DNA of 64,000 bases from Candidatus Poribacteria bacterium (GCA_965208675.1 OZ242351.1:2292834-2356833), one strand, 5' to 3'. Positions 52,102 through 62,499 are shown, numbered from the stretch's first letter. Notes: a model not told the origin generated them from the letters alone. Numbers and translations are program-made.

Positions 52102-54032
52102 CTAACGGGGTGCCAGCCCATATTATAGGTCATAATTTTGAATGCCGCGTTCATGATGCTCCAAATACCGCCCATAGCGTAATCTCCCAATATCAGACCT
52201 GCAAAGAACGGGATGGCTTTTCGATACGCTCGCAAGCCGCCGTACCGAAGAATTGTGAATTTTAAGCACCAACTAATCAACACCGGCACCCAAATATAAA
52301 TCATCTCTGCCGGACTCACTCCCAATACATAACCAACCGGGTGGAACGGCCACCATAGAAAGCGCATCTTCATGGCTAATAGAAACCCCGTGATTGCCGC
52401 ACCGAGTCCCATAAAACCGATCGTCGTGTAATCCGTTGTTTTTTGAAAGGTCAGCCACCATTGCAGACGTTGTGTAAAGCTTTCCCTGCCCATGCCCCCG
52501 ATTTCCGATTGATTCTCAACGCCGAAGTGGTATGAAAGCCCAAAATAAATCACAAAGGTTGCCGGAATACCGACGGCAAAGGCAAGAATCATCGCCCATG
52601 TCAACCTTCGACGATTGATATTCGCGTTTTCACCGATTCGAAATGCCTCCAGTTGATTCGGCATCGGGTGGCCGGGCTGGTCGCGATTCAATCCGAAAAA
52701 GAAGGATAGAACCGTCAAGTTTCGGGCGCCAAAGGCTCGCGTTCCCAGTGAGGTGACCATTGTGCGTCCCGGATCCAACCAGAGCAGTTCATGCACCGGC
52801 AATCCCAGTCCGCTCCGCATCTTGGTTATCCCTAGGGCGGCACAGCAATACAGCGTTAAAAACAGTAGGATAACCCACAAAGACAGCCCCGCGTTATAAG
52901 CGAAAACGAGCAGAAAAATCACGCCCGCGAGGATGCCCAGCATTGCGGCGCGGTACGACATCGGCTCCGCCGCCTCATCTATTCCTCCCTTTCCGGTGAA
53001 TATCTGCGTAAAAACGCGCTTGAGATGTCTCCGTCCAACCCACAGCGCTAGAAGCCCCAAGCCAATCCACGCTCCCTGAGCCTGCTCGTCGAGATAAAGT
53101 TCGCGCCATCCCATTGTGGCGCCCAGCGACAATTGCGTCATTTTCTTGAAAAAGTAAAAGAACCAGGCCGAAAAGGCGAGATCCAGCGGCATAAAATAGG
53201 AGAGTCCAATGACAAACGGCTGGAAAGAGATGCGCGTCCCGTGCATGTAACTCCACGGCTTTTCCTGAAAATGAAACTGCGTCCACCCGACCGGTATATA
53301 AGGGACGAACGGATAGAAAGCCTTCAAACCGTTAAAAAGGCTAATCCCGGCCGCAATTCCAAATCCGACCCACATTAAACGATTCTTCAGAAATCCAACC
53401 GGATCCCGCCCCATCTCCAGCGGCAACCAGGTAATCGGGTAGGTAAGCCGTTCATGTTCGGAGAACTGCCGCTTGATTATCGCGTTGATACAGATGAGAA
53501 TGAAGCAGAGGACAAACAGAAAGGCAGACCAGTAAAACAGCGGTCCAATCCAAGCCTTGATGTGTTGTAAGGTGAAGAACGTGTCTTCACCAAGAAAAAA
53601 GCCTCGCAGGTCATTCTCGTTTTCTACGGTGAACCAGCCCGGGATATAATGCCAGAAGAGATTACGCCAGTCGTTTTCCGCTGTGGCGTACCAGTAAGGG
53701 TGAGCAATGGGACCGAGTAGTCGAGTCATTCGATGTCCTGATATGGTCGACACCATGACGACCATGACATAGATGACCAACAAGTCGGTGTTTTTGAATG
53801 CGGCTTTACCAACAATCTTTTTGCACAGGAGGTTCAGCAATATCAGCACAAACAGCGTAAACACCGCATTGCTGAACAGCGACATGTACGTGTGATTTAG
53901 GCCTTTAAGGTAGTCATTGGCTGAGATCCAGTAGGAATTGACGACCACCAAAACCACGCCGATTGCCAGTGCACTCAGGGATATTCCACTCGGCGGTTGA
54001 CTTCTGGTTCGCGGCAAATTTTCCAAAAACAA
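52089..54032 (-). CDS. Large polytopic membrane protein of unknown function (DUF6785-like)
   Basis: 647 aa with more than 12 hydrophobic helices. Rich in W/F/Y. No transporter signature recognised. Confidence 0.5.
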   Translation of the reverse strand: MFLENLPRTRSQPPSGISLSALAIGVVLVVVNSYWISANDYLKGLNHTYMSLFSNAVFTLFVLILLNLLCKKIVGKAAFKNTDLLVIYVMVVMVSTISGHRMTRLLGPIAHPYWYATAENDWRNLFWHYIPGWFTVENENDLRGFFLGEDTFFTLQHIKAWIGPLFYWSAFLFVLCFILICINAIIKRQFSEHERLTYPITWLPLEMGRDPVGFLKNRLMWVGFGIAAGISLFNGLKAFYPFVPYIPVGWTQFHFQEKPWSYMHGTRISFQPFVIGLSYFMPLDLAFSAWFFYFFKKMTQLSLGATMGWRELYLDEQAQGAWIGLGLLALWVGRRHLKRVFTQIFTGKGGIDEAAEPMSYRAAMLGILAGVIFLLVFAYNAGLSLWVILLFLTLYCCAALGITKMRSGLGLPVHELLWLDPGRTMVTSLGTRAFGARNLTVLSFFFGLNRDQPGHPMPNQLEAFRIGENANINRRRLTWAMILAFAVGIPATFVIYFGLSYHFGVENQSEIGGMGRESFTQRLQWWLTFQKTTDYTTIGFMGLGAAITGFLLAMKMRFLWWPFHPVGYVLGVSPAEMIYIWVPVLISWCLKFTILRYGGLRAYRKAIPFFAGLILGDYAMGGIWSIMNAAFKIMTYNMGWHPVRWWE

Positions 54033-54325
54033 TTCCTCACTTTAACACATGCGAACTATCGCTAAATCCGTGTATGATTGTTCCACACTCTAGAATACAT
54101 TATAAATCTATCTGATATTGGTTGTCAACACACTCAACGCACAGCGTTTTCAGTTGAAAACTAGAAATTCTTGGGACACTTTTTGCGTTGAGATAAGAAA
54201 CTTACTCCGGTAATATGAGCTTGTGAACACAGTTTTGAAAACTTTAAAGTTCAACCAAACAGTGTCGCAGTTTTTTGCAAGATTAGCGCGTCCAATATCT
54301 ACGCATCTATATCTAGTTTTTTCTG

Positions 54326-54354
54326 TTGACATCTCTGGTGTTTTTGATTAAGAT
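54326..54354 (+). promoter_or_regulatory. Possible sigma70-like promoter for the cox-like operon: TTGACA, 17 bp, TAAGAT
   Basis: Located in a 430-bp AT-rich intergenic region, about 115 nt upstream of the first gene. Confidence 0.3.
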
Positions 54355-54469
54355 AAAGCGAGTGACCAACAAGAACCGTAAAATGTGCAGCCCCGGTCGA
54401 TGATCGGGATACAACTGCGCTCACCAAGTTCCATTTGTGAACCATCTATCTTGAAAGGAGATTGATGCC

Positions 54470-55345
54470 TTGCGAGCGTTTGACTATATACCCGCAAAAA
54501 CTGTTGATGAGGCAGTGGCTTTGCTCGCGGAAAAGGGAGATCAGGCGAAACCGTTGAGCGGTGGTACAGATCTCATTGTTATGGTTAGAGAAGGCAGGCG
54601 GCAGTTGGATTTGATGGTAGATGTCAAAGACATACCCGAAACCAACGTGCTTTCGTTTTCCCAGGATTCCGGCTTACATCTTGGCGCAGCTGTGCCCTGC
54701 TATCAAATCTACGCGGATGATAAAATATCCGCTGCATATCCGGGGCTTGCAGACGCTGCCAAGATAATCGGAGGCACCGCAATTCAAGGCAGAGCGAGCG
54801 TCGGCGGCAATTTGTGCAACGCCTCGCCCGCCGCGGATACGATTCCGCCGTTAATTGTGCTAGAAGCCGTCTGCGTCATTGCGGGGCCAAACGGGACGCG
54901 CGAAGTCCCGGCAGAACAGTTTTGCACAGGACCGGGGCAAACTGTCTTGGAAAACGGAGAATTTCTCGTATCGTTTAAAATTCCAGCACCCAAGAATCAT
55001 TCAAGCTCATATTATCTTCGATTTATCCCGCGCAATGAAATGGACATCGCGGTGGTGGGCGCCGGCGCATCGGTCGTCTTGGACGCCGGGAAAACATCGT
55101 TCGTCTCAGCTCGAATCGGACTCGCTGCGGTCGCCCCAACGCCATTGTTCGCCGAGGAAGCCAGTGCGTCGCTCGCTGGCAGGGAAGTGTCCGACGAAGC
55201 GGTCAATGCAGCAGCTGAAGCGGCGCGCCACATCGCCCGACCAATCAGCGACATGCGCGGAACGATTGAACAGCGGGTTCACCTCGTTGAAGTGCTGACA
55301 CGCCGCGCCTTAAATGGTGCAATTCAAAGAGTGAAGGAGTCGTGA
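54470..55345 (+). CDS. Xanthine-dehydrogenase-family FAD-binding subunit (CoxM/CutM-like)
   Basis: FAD-binding domain of molybdopterin dehydrogenases (KPLSGGTDLIV ... GGNLCNASPAAD). 291 aa. Confidence 0.85.
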   Translation: MRAFDYIPAKTVDEAVALLAEKGDQAKPLSGGTDLIVMVREGRRQLDLMVDVKDIPETNVLSFSQDSGLHLGAAVPCYQIYADDKISAAYPGLADAAKIIGGTAIQGRASVGGNLCNASPAADTIPPLIVLEAVCVIAGPNGTREVPAEQFCTGPGQTVLENGEFLVSFKIPAPKNHSSSYYLRFIPRNEMDIAVVGAGASVVLDAGKTSFVSARIGLAAVAPTPLFAEEASASLAGREVSDEAVNAAAEAARHIARPISDMRGTIEQRVHLVEVLTRRALNGAIQRVKES

Positions 55346-55351
55346 AAATAG

Positions 55352-55840
55352 ATGCCGAAGAAAGTACACGTTCAAACGACAATTAACGGCGAAACTGTTG
55401 AATTTCTGTGTGAGCCTCGCCAGAGCCTGCTTGAAGTCCTTCGAGATGAACTCGGAATGACCGGCGCCAAAGAAGGTTGCAACAATGGAAACTGCGGCGC
55501 ATGCAGCGTAATTCTTGATCGACGGCTGGTCAATTCCTGTATAGTGCTTGGCGTTGAAATTGAAGGGAAAACGGTGGAAACCGTTGAAGGTCTTGCCGAG
55601 CCGGGAAAACTCCATCCGATACAGGAGATTTTCTTGGAAGATGCGGCGCTTCAGTGCGGTATCTGCACACCCGGCTTTATCGTAGCAACAAAGGCACTGC
55701 TGGACAAAAATCCTAACCCAACTGAGTACGAAGTCCGTTACTGGCTGGCAGGCAATCTATGCCGTTGTACCGGCTACGATAAGATTGTCCGCGCCGTGCT
55801 CGATTCGGCTCAAATTATGTCTTCGGAGGTAGGTGCATAA
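55352..55840 (+). CDS. (2Fe-2S)-binding subunit (CoxS/CutS-like)
   Basis: Two [2Fe-2S] motifs: CNNGNCGACSV and CGICTPGF ... CRCTGY. 162 aa. Confidence 0.9.
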   Translation: MPKKVHVQTTINGETVEFLCEPRQSLLEVLRDELGMTGAKEGCNNGNCGACSVILDRRLVNSCIVLGVEIEGKTVETVEGLAEPGKLHPIQEIFLEDAALQCGICTPGFIVATKALLDKNPNPTEYEVRYWLAGNLCRCTGYDKIVRAVLDSAQIMSSEVGA

Positions 55841-58095
55841 TGTCAGAGAAGAAAGAATATAAAGTCATCGGCACCCGTCCTATCCGACATGATGGTGTCG
55901 ATAAAGTGACAGGCCGCGCCCTCTACGGCGCAGATTTCCAAACTACCGGGCTGCTGCACGGAAAGGTTTTGCGCAGTCCCCACGCCCATGCCCGCATTAA
56001 ATCCATTGACACTAGCCGCGCTGAAGCCCATCCCGATGTAAAATCGGTTGTGACTGCGGCGGACCTCCCTACGGCAGCGGACAAAATCGCCGATCTCGGT
56101 GAAGGTGCAGTCAATCTGAAATATCTGTGCGACAATATTCTCGCGAGCGACAAAGCGCTCTACACAGGGCATGCAGTCGCTGCGCTTGCGGCGAACGACC
56201 CTCACACGGCTGAAGAGGCGCTTGGACTAATTGATGTCGAATACGAGGTGTTACCGCCAGTACTTGAAGTGCGGGAAGCGATGGAAGACGATGCGCCGCT
56301 GCTGCATGAAAATCTGAAAACCGACGCGATGGGAGAAAAGTCTGAAAAGTCGAGTAATGTCGCGAGTCATTTCCAACACAAAAAGGGCGACATTGACGCA
56401 GGTTTTGCTGAAGCAGACGTTATTGTCGACCACGATTTTGTCACCGGTACCGTGCATCAAGGCTATATCGAGCCTCACAACGCAACGGCATTGTACAATC
56501 CCGACGGGCAACTCACCATCTGGTGCAGTACGCAAGGTGCATTTGCCGTGCGTCAACAAGTATCGGAAATTCTTCAGGTCCCGGTTTCCAAGGTTAAGGT
56601 GGTGCCGATGGAGATTGGCGGCGGATTCGGCGGGAAGATTAGTGTCTACCTTGAGCCGGTTGCCGCGCTGCTGTCCAAGAAATCGGGCCGTCCTGTCAAG
56701 GTCTTGATGAACCGGGCAGAAGTTTTTGAAGCCACCGGGCCGACCCCTGCATCTTACATTCGTGTAAAGATGGGCGTCACTAATGACGGACGCATCACCG
56801 CGGCAGAGGGTTACCTGGCGTTTGAAGCTGGCGCGTACCCGGGTTCACCCGTTGGCGCGGGAGCCATGTGTATCTTCTCCCCCTACAATATCCCCAATGG
56901 GCTGATTGACGGGTATGATGTGGTCGTCAATAAACCGAAATCTAATGCGTATCGCGCGCCCGGCGCAACTAATGCCGAGTTCGCTGCCGAAACCGTCGTC
57001 GATGAAATCTGCGAGAAGCTTGGCATGGATCCGCTCGAATTCCGCATCCTCAACGGAGCAGAAGAGGGCGTCAGCCGCATTGACGGTCCCGTGTTCCCGC
57101 GTATCGGTTGCATCGAAGCAACTGAAGCCGCAAAGGAACATCCACACTACGAAGCGCCGCTCGAAGGGGAAAATAGAGGGCGAGGTGTGGCGTCCGGGTT
57201 CTGGTTCAATGTCGGATTGAAGTCTAGCGTCGCAATTAACGTAAACCCCGACGGTACCATTAGCCTTGTTGAGGGTTCGACCGATATCGGCGGCACGCGG
57301 GCTTCAATTGCAATGCAAGCCGCGGAGGTGCTGGGAATTCCCGCCGAATCGGTTTATCCCACGGTAGTCGATACGAATTCAGTCGGTTACACAGATGTAA
57401 CCGGCGGCAGCCGAACCGCATTTGCGACGGGATACGCCGCCTATGAAGCTGCTCAGGATGTTAAGCAGCAGATGACCGAACGCGCGGCAAAATTGTGGGA
57501 GGTCGATGCCACGGAAGTGCAGTTCGCGGACGGCGATTTTATATGCGTGAACGGCAAAGATGAGCGCATGAGTTTCACGGAGTTGGCTGCGAGGCTTGAT
57601 GAAGTCGGCGGTCCGGTCACCGGGCGTGCTTCCGTTGATCCGACTGGGGTTGGCGGCGCTTTCGCCACGCACATCGTTGATGTTGAGGTCGATCCGGATA
57701 CCGGAAAGGTCGAAATCCTGCGCTACACAGCAACCCAAGACGCCGGAAAAGCCGTCCATCCCAGTTACGTCGAAGGGCAGATGCAAGGCGGCGTCACGCA
57801 AGGGATTGGCTGGGCGTTGAATGAGGAATATATATATGACAAAGACGGTCGAATGTCCAACGCGAGTTTCCTCGATTACCGCATGCCAACCTGCCTAGAT
57901 TTGCCGATGATTGACACGGTCATCGTTGAAGTTCCCAATCCGGGCCACCCGTACGGTGTACGAGGCGTAGGAGAGGTTCCAATCGTTCCGCCCCCCGCTG
58001 CGATCGCCAACGCTATCTATCGCGCTATAGGCGTTCGGATGAACGAGCTCCCAATGTCTCCCGGTCGGATACTCAAAACGATGGGGAAACTCTAA
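55840..58095 (+). CDS. Xanthine-dehydrogenase-family molybdopterin-binding large subunit (CoxL-like; the active-site loop is not canonical for CO dehydrogenase)
   Basis: 751 aa aldehyde-oxidase / XDH a-b hammerhead plus Mo-pterin domains. The loop SNAYRAPGATN differs from form I AYRCSFR and form II AYRGAGR. Confidence 0.85.
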   Translation: MSEKKEYKVIGTRPIRHDGVDKVTGRALYGADFQTTGLLHGKVLRSPHAHARIKSIDTSRAEAHPDVKSVVTAADLPTAADKIADLGEGAVNLKYLCDNILASDKALYTGHAVAALAANDPHTAEEALGLIDVEYEVLPPVLEVREAMEDDAPLLHENLKTDAMGEKSEKSSNVASHFQHKKGDIDAGFAEADVIVDHDFVTGTVHQGYIEPHNATALYNPDGQLTIWCSTQGAFAVRQQVSEILQVPVSKVKVVPMEIGGGFGGKISVYLEPVAALLSKKSGRPVKVLMNRAEVFEATGPTPASYIRVKMGVTNDGRITAAEGYLAFEAGAYPGSPVGAGAMCIFSPYNIPNGLIDGYDVVVNKPKSNAYRAPGATNAEFAAETVVDEICEKLGMDPLEFRILNGAEEGVSRIDGPVFPRIGCIEATEAAKEHPHYEAPLEGENRGRGVASGFWFNVGLKSSVAINVNPDGTISLVEGSTDIGGTRASIAMQAAEVLGIPAESVYPTVVDTNSVGYTDVTGGSRTAFATGYAAYEAAQDVKQQMTERAAKLWEVDATEVQFADGDFICVNGKDERMSFTELAARLDEVGGPVTGRASVDPTGVGGAFATHIVDVEVDPDTGKVEILRYTATQDAGKAVHPSYVEGQMQGGVTQGIGWALNEEYIYDKDGRMSNASFLDYRMPTCLDLPMIDTVIVEVPNPGHPYGVRGVGEVPIVPPPAAIANAIYRAIGVRMNELPMSPGRILKTMGKL

Positions 58096-58201
58096 ATTTT
58101 GGGATAGCCGAAAAAATCAGTGCCTGCCTCTGATTTGAGGCAATGGGGCAGGCACACTCCCAACATCATTCTCTTAGGACTTACGCAATAAGTTCAATAG
58201 T

Positions 58202-58229
58202 CCCCCTGATAAGGGGGATTTAGGGGGTT
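58202..58229. repeat. Second copy of the CCCCCTGATAAGGGGG hairpin plus TAGGGGGTT element, between the coxL-like and MoaD-like genes
   Basis: Nearly identical core to 26200-26241. Confidence 0.6.
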
Positions 58230-58340
58230 AGAAACATGGAAATAACGAGTTTTAAGTCCAATTTTTCCTTTTTCTGCTCAATTTGCGTAAGTCCTGTCTC
58301 GGTATTTCCAATCCTCCCCGCATTCATGTAAGGCGGTACC

Positions 58341-58625
58341 ATGCCAATCGTATCAGTCCCCTCCCTCATGCAGAATCTCACCAACGGCGCAGATAAAGTT
58401 ACCGTGGACGGCGAAACACTGCGAGAAGTGATTGAAAATCTTGAAGAATCCTATCCCGGCTTCAAAGCACGCCTCTGCGACGGCAATCGGATACGGAAAA
58501 ACATCTCGCTTTACATTGACGGCACCATCTCACGGGAAGGCATGCGCCAACCCGTAAAAGCCGACACCGAAATTCACTTCCTGCCCGCAATTAGTGGTGG
58601 TTGTAGCCTCATGCCTGCCAAGTAA
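58341..58625 (+). CDS. MoaD/ThiS-family ubiquitin-like sulfur-carrier protein with a 7-residue extension after the Gly-Gly
   Basis: Beta-grasp length (94 aa). ...IHFLPAISGG is followed by CSLMPAK before the stop. Confidence 0.55.
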   Translation: MPIVSVPSLMQNLTNGADKVTVDGETLREVIENLEESYPGFKARLCDGNRIRKNISLYIDGTISREGMRQPVKADTEIHFLPAISGGCSLMPAK

Positions 58626-58826
58626 AGTGAAATTGTTGCTGTCTAGGCGCAGCGCATATGGGATTATGCTTAAGTAGCCATCCATTTTGGTTCAACAGCG
58701 CAATTCCGCCCTAATGGATTGGCAAGGTGTAGCGCATCACAACCCAAATCCCGTCCAAGTAAAGAAACCCTTTAGAGATTTGAACCGCAATTAACAACCG
58801 CTAATCTCCAACCAAACGAGGCATTC

Positions 58827-60950
58827 ATGACACAACCGAACCGCATCGAAACGATTCTTAAAGACAGCAATTATCATCTTTCCTTGTTTAAGGAAAGAGA
58901 GATTAAAGCGTTGCGCGACAATATCTTCATCAAAACTGTTAAGGGTGAAGAGAAGCCATTCGTCAACTGTATTGTACGGGACAAAGCGATTCAACTCAAA
59001 CCGGAAGAAGTCGTCCGCCAACTATATACGACAAAGCTAATCAATGAATACAGCTATCCCAAATCCCGGTTGGCTTTTGAACACCCTGTCAACTTTGGAA
59101 GTCAGAGGAAAAGTGCTGACATTGTCATCTTTGACAAGGACCGCCCTGATTCAGCCAATATCATCGTTGAGTTGAAAAAACCTAAACTCAAAGACGGTAA
59201 AAGCCAGCTACGCTCCTACTGCAATGCCACCGGTGCGCCGATAGGTGTCTGGACAAACGGGCAGCAGATTTCCCATTACAACCGCAGGGATCCGAATCAC
59301 TTTGAAGAAATCACCGATATTCCCAAAGTGGACCAAAGTCTTCAGGACATCCTCGTTGAACACTTCACGCTGAAAGATTTAATCCTCAAGGATAAGATTT
59401 CCAATGAGCAAAAATCCCTGAAGAATATAGTTTTGGAGATGGAGGATGAGGTGCTAGCAAATGCTGGCGTGGACGTGTTTGAGGAGATTTTTAAACTAAT
59501 TTTCACCAAACTTTACGATGAATTTCAAAGCCGGTCGGACAAGGAATTTCTAAACAGATTTGTGCGGCCAGCGACTAACATAGCTATACGAGAAAATCCA
59601 TACGGATATCGACAAGGGGTAGATTATGCTAGGCTTAAGGCTGCTGTCAAAAACGCTCCGGATGTTGGCTTCCGGCCGATGGAATTCCGAAATACAGGGC
59701 AGACAGATACAGAACTCAAACACAAAATACAGAACTTGTTCAATCAGGCAAAAGACGAGTGGCCGGGCGTTTTTTCCGATGATGACACTTTTGAACTTTC
59801 CGACAGCCATCTCGCTATCTGTGTATCCAGTTTGCAGGACATTAAATTGTTCAACTCCAATCTGCTGGTGGTGGACGAAGCCTTCGAATATTTGGTAAAC
59901 AAATCCGCAAAAGGGGAAAAAGGGCAATATTTTACACCTAGGCACGTTATTGATATGTGCGTTCAGATGCTGAAACCCAAGCCCGGCGAATATATGATCG
60001 ATACTGCTGCCGGTAGCTGCGGATTTCCGGTGCATACAATCTTCAAACTAACGGGGCATTTGTTCAGTAACCTCGAAATACCGCCCAAGGAGAAAGAGAA
60101 CATCCTAAAAGTGTTTGGCATCGACTTCGATGAAAAGACAGTCAGGGTTGCCAGAACATTGAACCTGATCGCCGGTGATGGCGAAACCAACGTTCTACAC
60201 CTGAACACACTTGATTTTGTGCACTGGAGTGACCGGACTGAGCGGGATAGAAAATGGATCAACACCTACGGTAGGGGGTTTGAACGGTTGGAACGACTCA
60301 GGGCGGAAAAAGAGGACAATAAGCAGTTCAACTTTGACATTCTGATGGCAAATCCGCCGTTTGCCGGAGACATCAAAGAGAGCCAACTATTGCATCAATA
60401 TCAACTAGGTTTCAAGGCAAACGGTGCGGCACAGAGTAAAGTTGGGCGTGACATCTTGTTTATCGAGCGCAATCTGGACTTTCTCAAACCTGGCGGACGT
60501 ATGGCGATTGTGCTTCCGCAGGGCAGATTCAACAATACATCCGACAAACATATCCGTGATTTTATCGCCGAGCGAGGGCGTATCTTGGCGGTCGTTGGAT
60601 TACATGGCAACACTTTCAAACCCCACACCAGCACGAAGACCAGCGTCCTTTTTGTGCAGAAGTGGGATGATGAACTGTGCCCAAAATTGGACGACTATCC
60701 GATTTTCTTTGCCGTGAGCGAAAAGGCGGGCAAAAACAAATCGGGAGATTATGTCTATGTCAAGAATAGCAATGGGCAGTATGAACTAGACAAAAACGGT
60801 CATCTGATTGTTGAACACGATTTGCATAGCCATGAGGGGCAATTAGAAGATGGCATCGCTGAAGCCTTTATCGAGTGGGCGAAGGAGGAAAAATTGAGTT
60901 TTTGGACGGATGCAGAAGATGGCGCAATGACAGAGCGACGCAAAGCATAG
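58827..60950 (+). CDS. Restriction-modification enzyme: an N-terminal HsdR_N-type PD-(D/E)xK nuclease domain fused to a gamma-class N6-adenine DNA methyltransferase (BcgI-A-like / Type IIG or Type-I-like RM subunit)
   Basis: Nuclease motif ADIVIFDKD ... IIVELKKPK (D...E-x-K). MTase motif I IDTAAGSCGF and motif IV NPPFAG. 707 aa. An S-subunit gene lies downstream. Confidence 0.8.
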   Translation: MTQPNRIETILKDSNYHLSLFKEREIKALRDNIFIKTVKGEEKPFVNCIVRDKAIQLKPEEVVRQLYTTKLINEYSYPKSRLAFEHPVNFGSQRKSADIVIFDKDRPDSANIIVELKKPKLKDGKSQLRSYCNATGAPIGVWTNGQQISHYNRRDPNHFEEITDIPKVDQSLQDILVEHFTLKDLILKDKISNEQKSLKNIVLEMEDEVLANAGVDVFEEIFKLIFTKLYDEFQSRSDKEFLNRFVRPATNIAIRENPYGYRQGVDYARLKAAVKNAPDVGFRPMEFRNTGQTDTELKHKIQNLFNQAKDEWPGVFSDDDTFELSDSHLAICVSSLQDIKLFNSNLLVVDEAFEYLVNKSAKGEKGQYFTPRHVIDMCVQMLKPKPGEYMIDTAAGSCGFPVHTIFKLTGHLFSNLEIPPKEKENILKVFGIDFDEKTVRVARTLNLIAGDGETNVLHLNTLDFVHWSDRTERDRKWINTYGRGFERLERLRAEKEDNKQFNFDILMANPPFAGDIKESQLLHQYQLGFKANGAAQSKVGRDILFIERNLDFLKPGGRMAIVLPQGRFNNTSDKHIRDFIAERGRILAVVGLHGNTFKPHTSTKTSVLFVQKWDDELCPKLDDYPIFFAVSEKAGKNKSGDYVYVKNSNGQYELDKNGHLIVEHDLHSHEGQLEDGIAEAFIEWAKEEKLSFWTDAEDGAMTERRKA

Positions 60951-61136
60951 GAGGCTTTTATTGCTAACAATAGCAAAAGAAAGATATATGTCAACCCCGA
61001 GGTTAGATGTCTCCCGGTTATCGGATGAAATGGACGATATGGAAAAAGAAATACAGTAATAGGCAGACTCCGTATGCCGTAAACCTTATGCAAATTACGG
61101 CACTCCAGCATCACCTAAAACTTGATTGTAATCATC

Positions 61137-61164
61137 GTAGGGAACAACAATCGTTGTTCCCTAC
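61137..61164. repeat. REP-type hairpin GTAGGGAACAAC-AATC-GTTGTTCCCTAC, copy 1
   Basis: Perfect 12-bp stem and a GTAG 5' tetranucleotide typical of RAYT-associated REPs. Upstream of the 423-aa ORF. Confidence 0.7.
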
Positions 61165-61210
61165 ACTGCGTAAGCTCTCAGACTGTGATTGATACAACAT
61201 TTCCGGAAAG

Positions 61211-62482
61211 ATGATTATGATTTTTATGATAGACGAAGATAATTACGACAATATCATTAAACGGCCATATAGACCACAATTTGATGGCAGGTTAGTTTCT
61301 GTAACATATGACGTAGAAAAAGACACATTGTCACATGTCGTTACCCAAAGAAACGGTATGCCCTTAACCGTGGTCCCTTTAATTGAAAAAGATATGTTCT
61401 ATAGTATAGACAAGAGTGGTAACGTCAACCCAATCACACATATATGCACTGATTCATCACATCCGCCTCTCGTTGAAGGCTTCGGGCAGAAGACATTGTA
61501 TCAACAGATTTCAGAGAAAGTTGCAGGGCATGTGACGGATGGAATCAAATTCAATGACATAGTTGATTTAATGTTGGACGAAGCGATTTCTATGCTGAGT
61601 AGCCCATCTAATTGTGTCTCCGAAGATGGAAGATTGCAGAGTATGCGTCGGCAAATTGCCAGAGATTGGGGAGAGGTGTTTTGCAAACTTGACAATTTGG
61701 GACATCTGACTGGGTGGTTTATAAATGAGTGTAAACGCGATAATAATGAGTTGCATTTTGTACTTGGGTTATTTGCTTTCGAGGCGATACGGATTTTATT
61801 TGCGACTGTCAATCAGTTGCGTGCCGGGTTGGCGGATGAGACATTTGTGTATTGGCGTACTCTTTACGAGACCTTTGTAAAAAGTCGATTCATGTTGAAA
61901 TTTAGCAAGGCGGATGCGGATCTGCCTGGACGGTTTCAGTATTATACGAATTCGGCATATTTGAAATTTTACTCAATATTTGCCCCCAAAGACGATCCTC
62001 ATGCGCAAGATAATCCGTGGATACAAATGGAAAGGTGGTATGAAACCCGTTATGAAAAACAGGGCAAAGGTAGTTATGGATGGGTATATCCTCTGATTAT
62101 AAATAAAAAGGGGGGACCGGTCATTAAACCAGCTTTCGGACAAATTATAGACGAGGTAGATAGAGGATCGAGATTTTCAGAAATATATTATGATGTGTCT
62201 ACTGCAAAGAGTCACGGGCAGTTTGTATGGAATCCTCTTATAGTTAGTCCAACAAAAGGAAGGGCGACTCATCTTGATCCATTTAGCATTGGAAATATTG
62301 CTCTGGTAATGGAGCTGATGATGCCTCTGTTTGAGGAGATTTTAGAGAACACCACCGAATCGTGCAGTAAGCCGGAACACGGCGTTGTGATGGGCATCGT
62401 GAGGGCCGCTATTGCAGACATAAATAATTCTATCGCAGAGGTTAAGGCATCTAATCCCGAAATACACGGTGGCATCGCATAA
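61211..62482 (+). CDS. Hypothetical protein of 423 aa, embedded between the RM enzyme gene and hsdS and bracketed by REP hairpins
   Basis: Long ORF on the same strand as the RM genes with AT-rich codon usage like its neighbours. No motif I can recognise. Confidence 0.55.
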   Translation: MIMIFMIDEDNYDNIIKRPYRPQFDGRLVSVTYDVEKDTLSHVVTQRNGMPLTVVPLIEKDMFYSIDKSGNVNPITHICTDSSHPPLVEGFGQKTLYQQISEKVAGHVTDGIKFNDIVDLMLDEAISMLSSPSNCVSEDGRLQSMRRQIARDWGEVFCKLDNLGHLTGWFINECKRDNNELHFVLGLFAFEAIRILFATVNQLRAGLADETFVYWRTLYETFVKSRFMLKFSKADADLPGRFQYYTNSAYLKFYSIFAPKDDPHAQDNPWIQMERWYETRYEKQGKGSYGWVYPLIINKKGGPVIKPAFGQIIDEVDRGSRFSEIYYDVSTAKSHGQFVWNPLIVSPTKGRATHLDPFSIGNIALVMELMMPLFEEILENTTESCSKPEHGVVMGIVRAAIADINNSIAEVKASNPEIHGGIA

Positions 62483-62499
62483 ACCCTTATTGAAATTTC

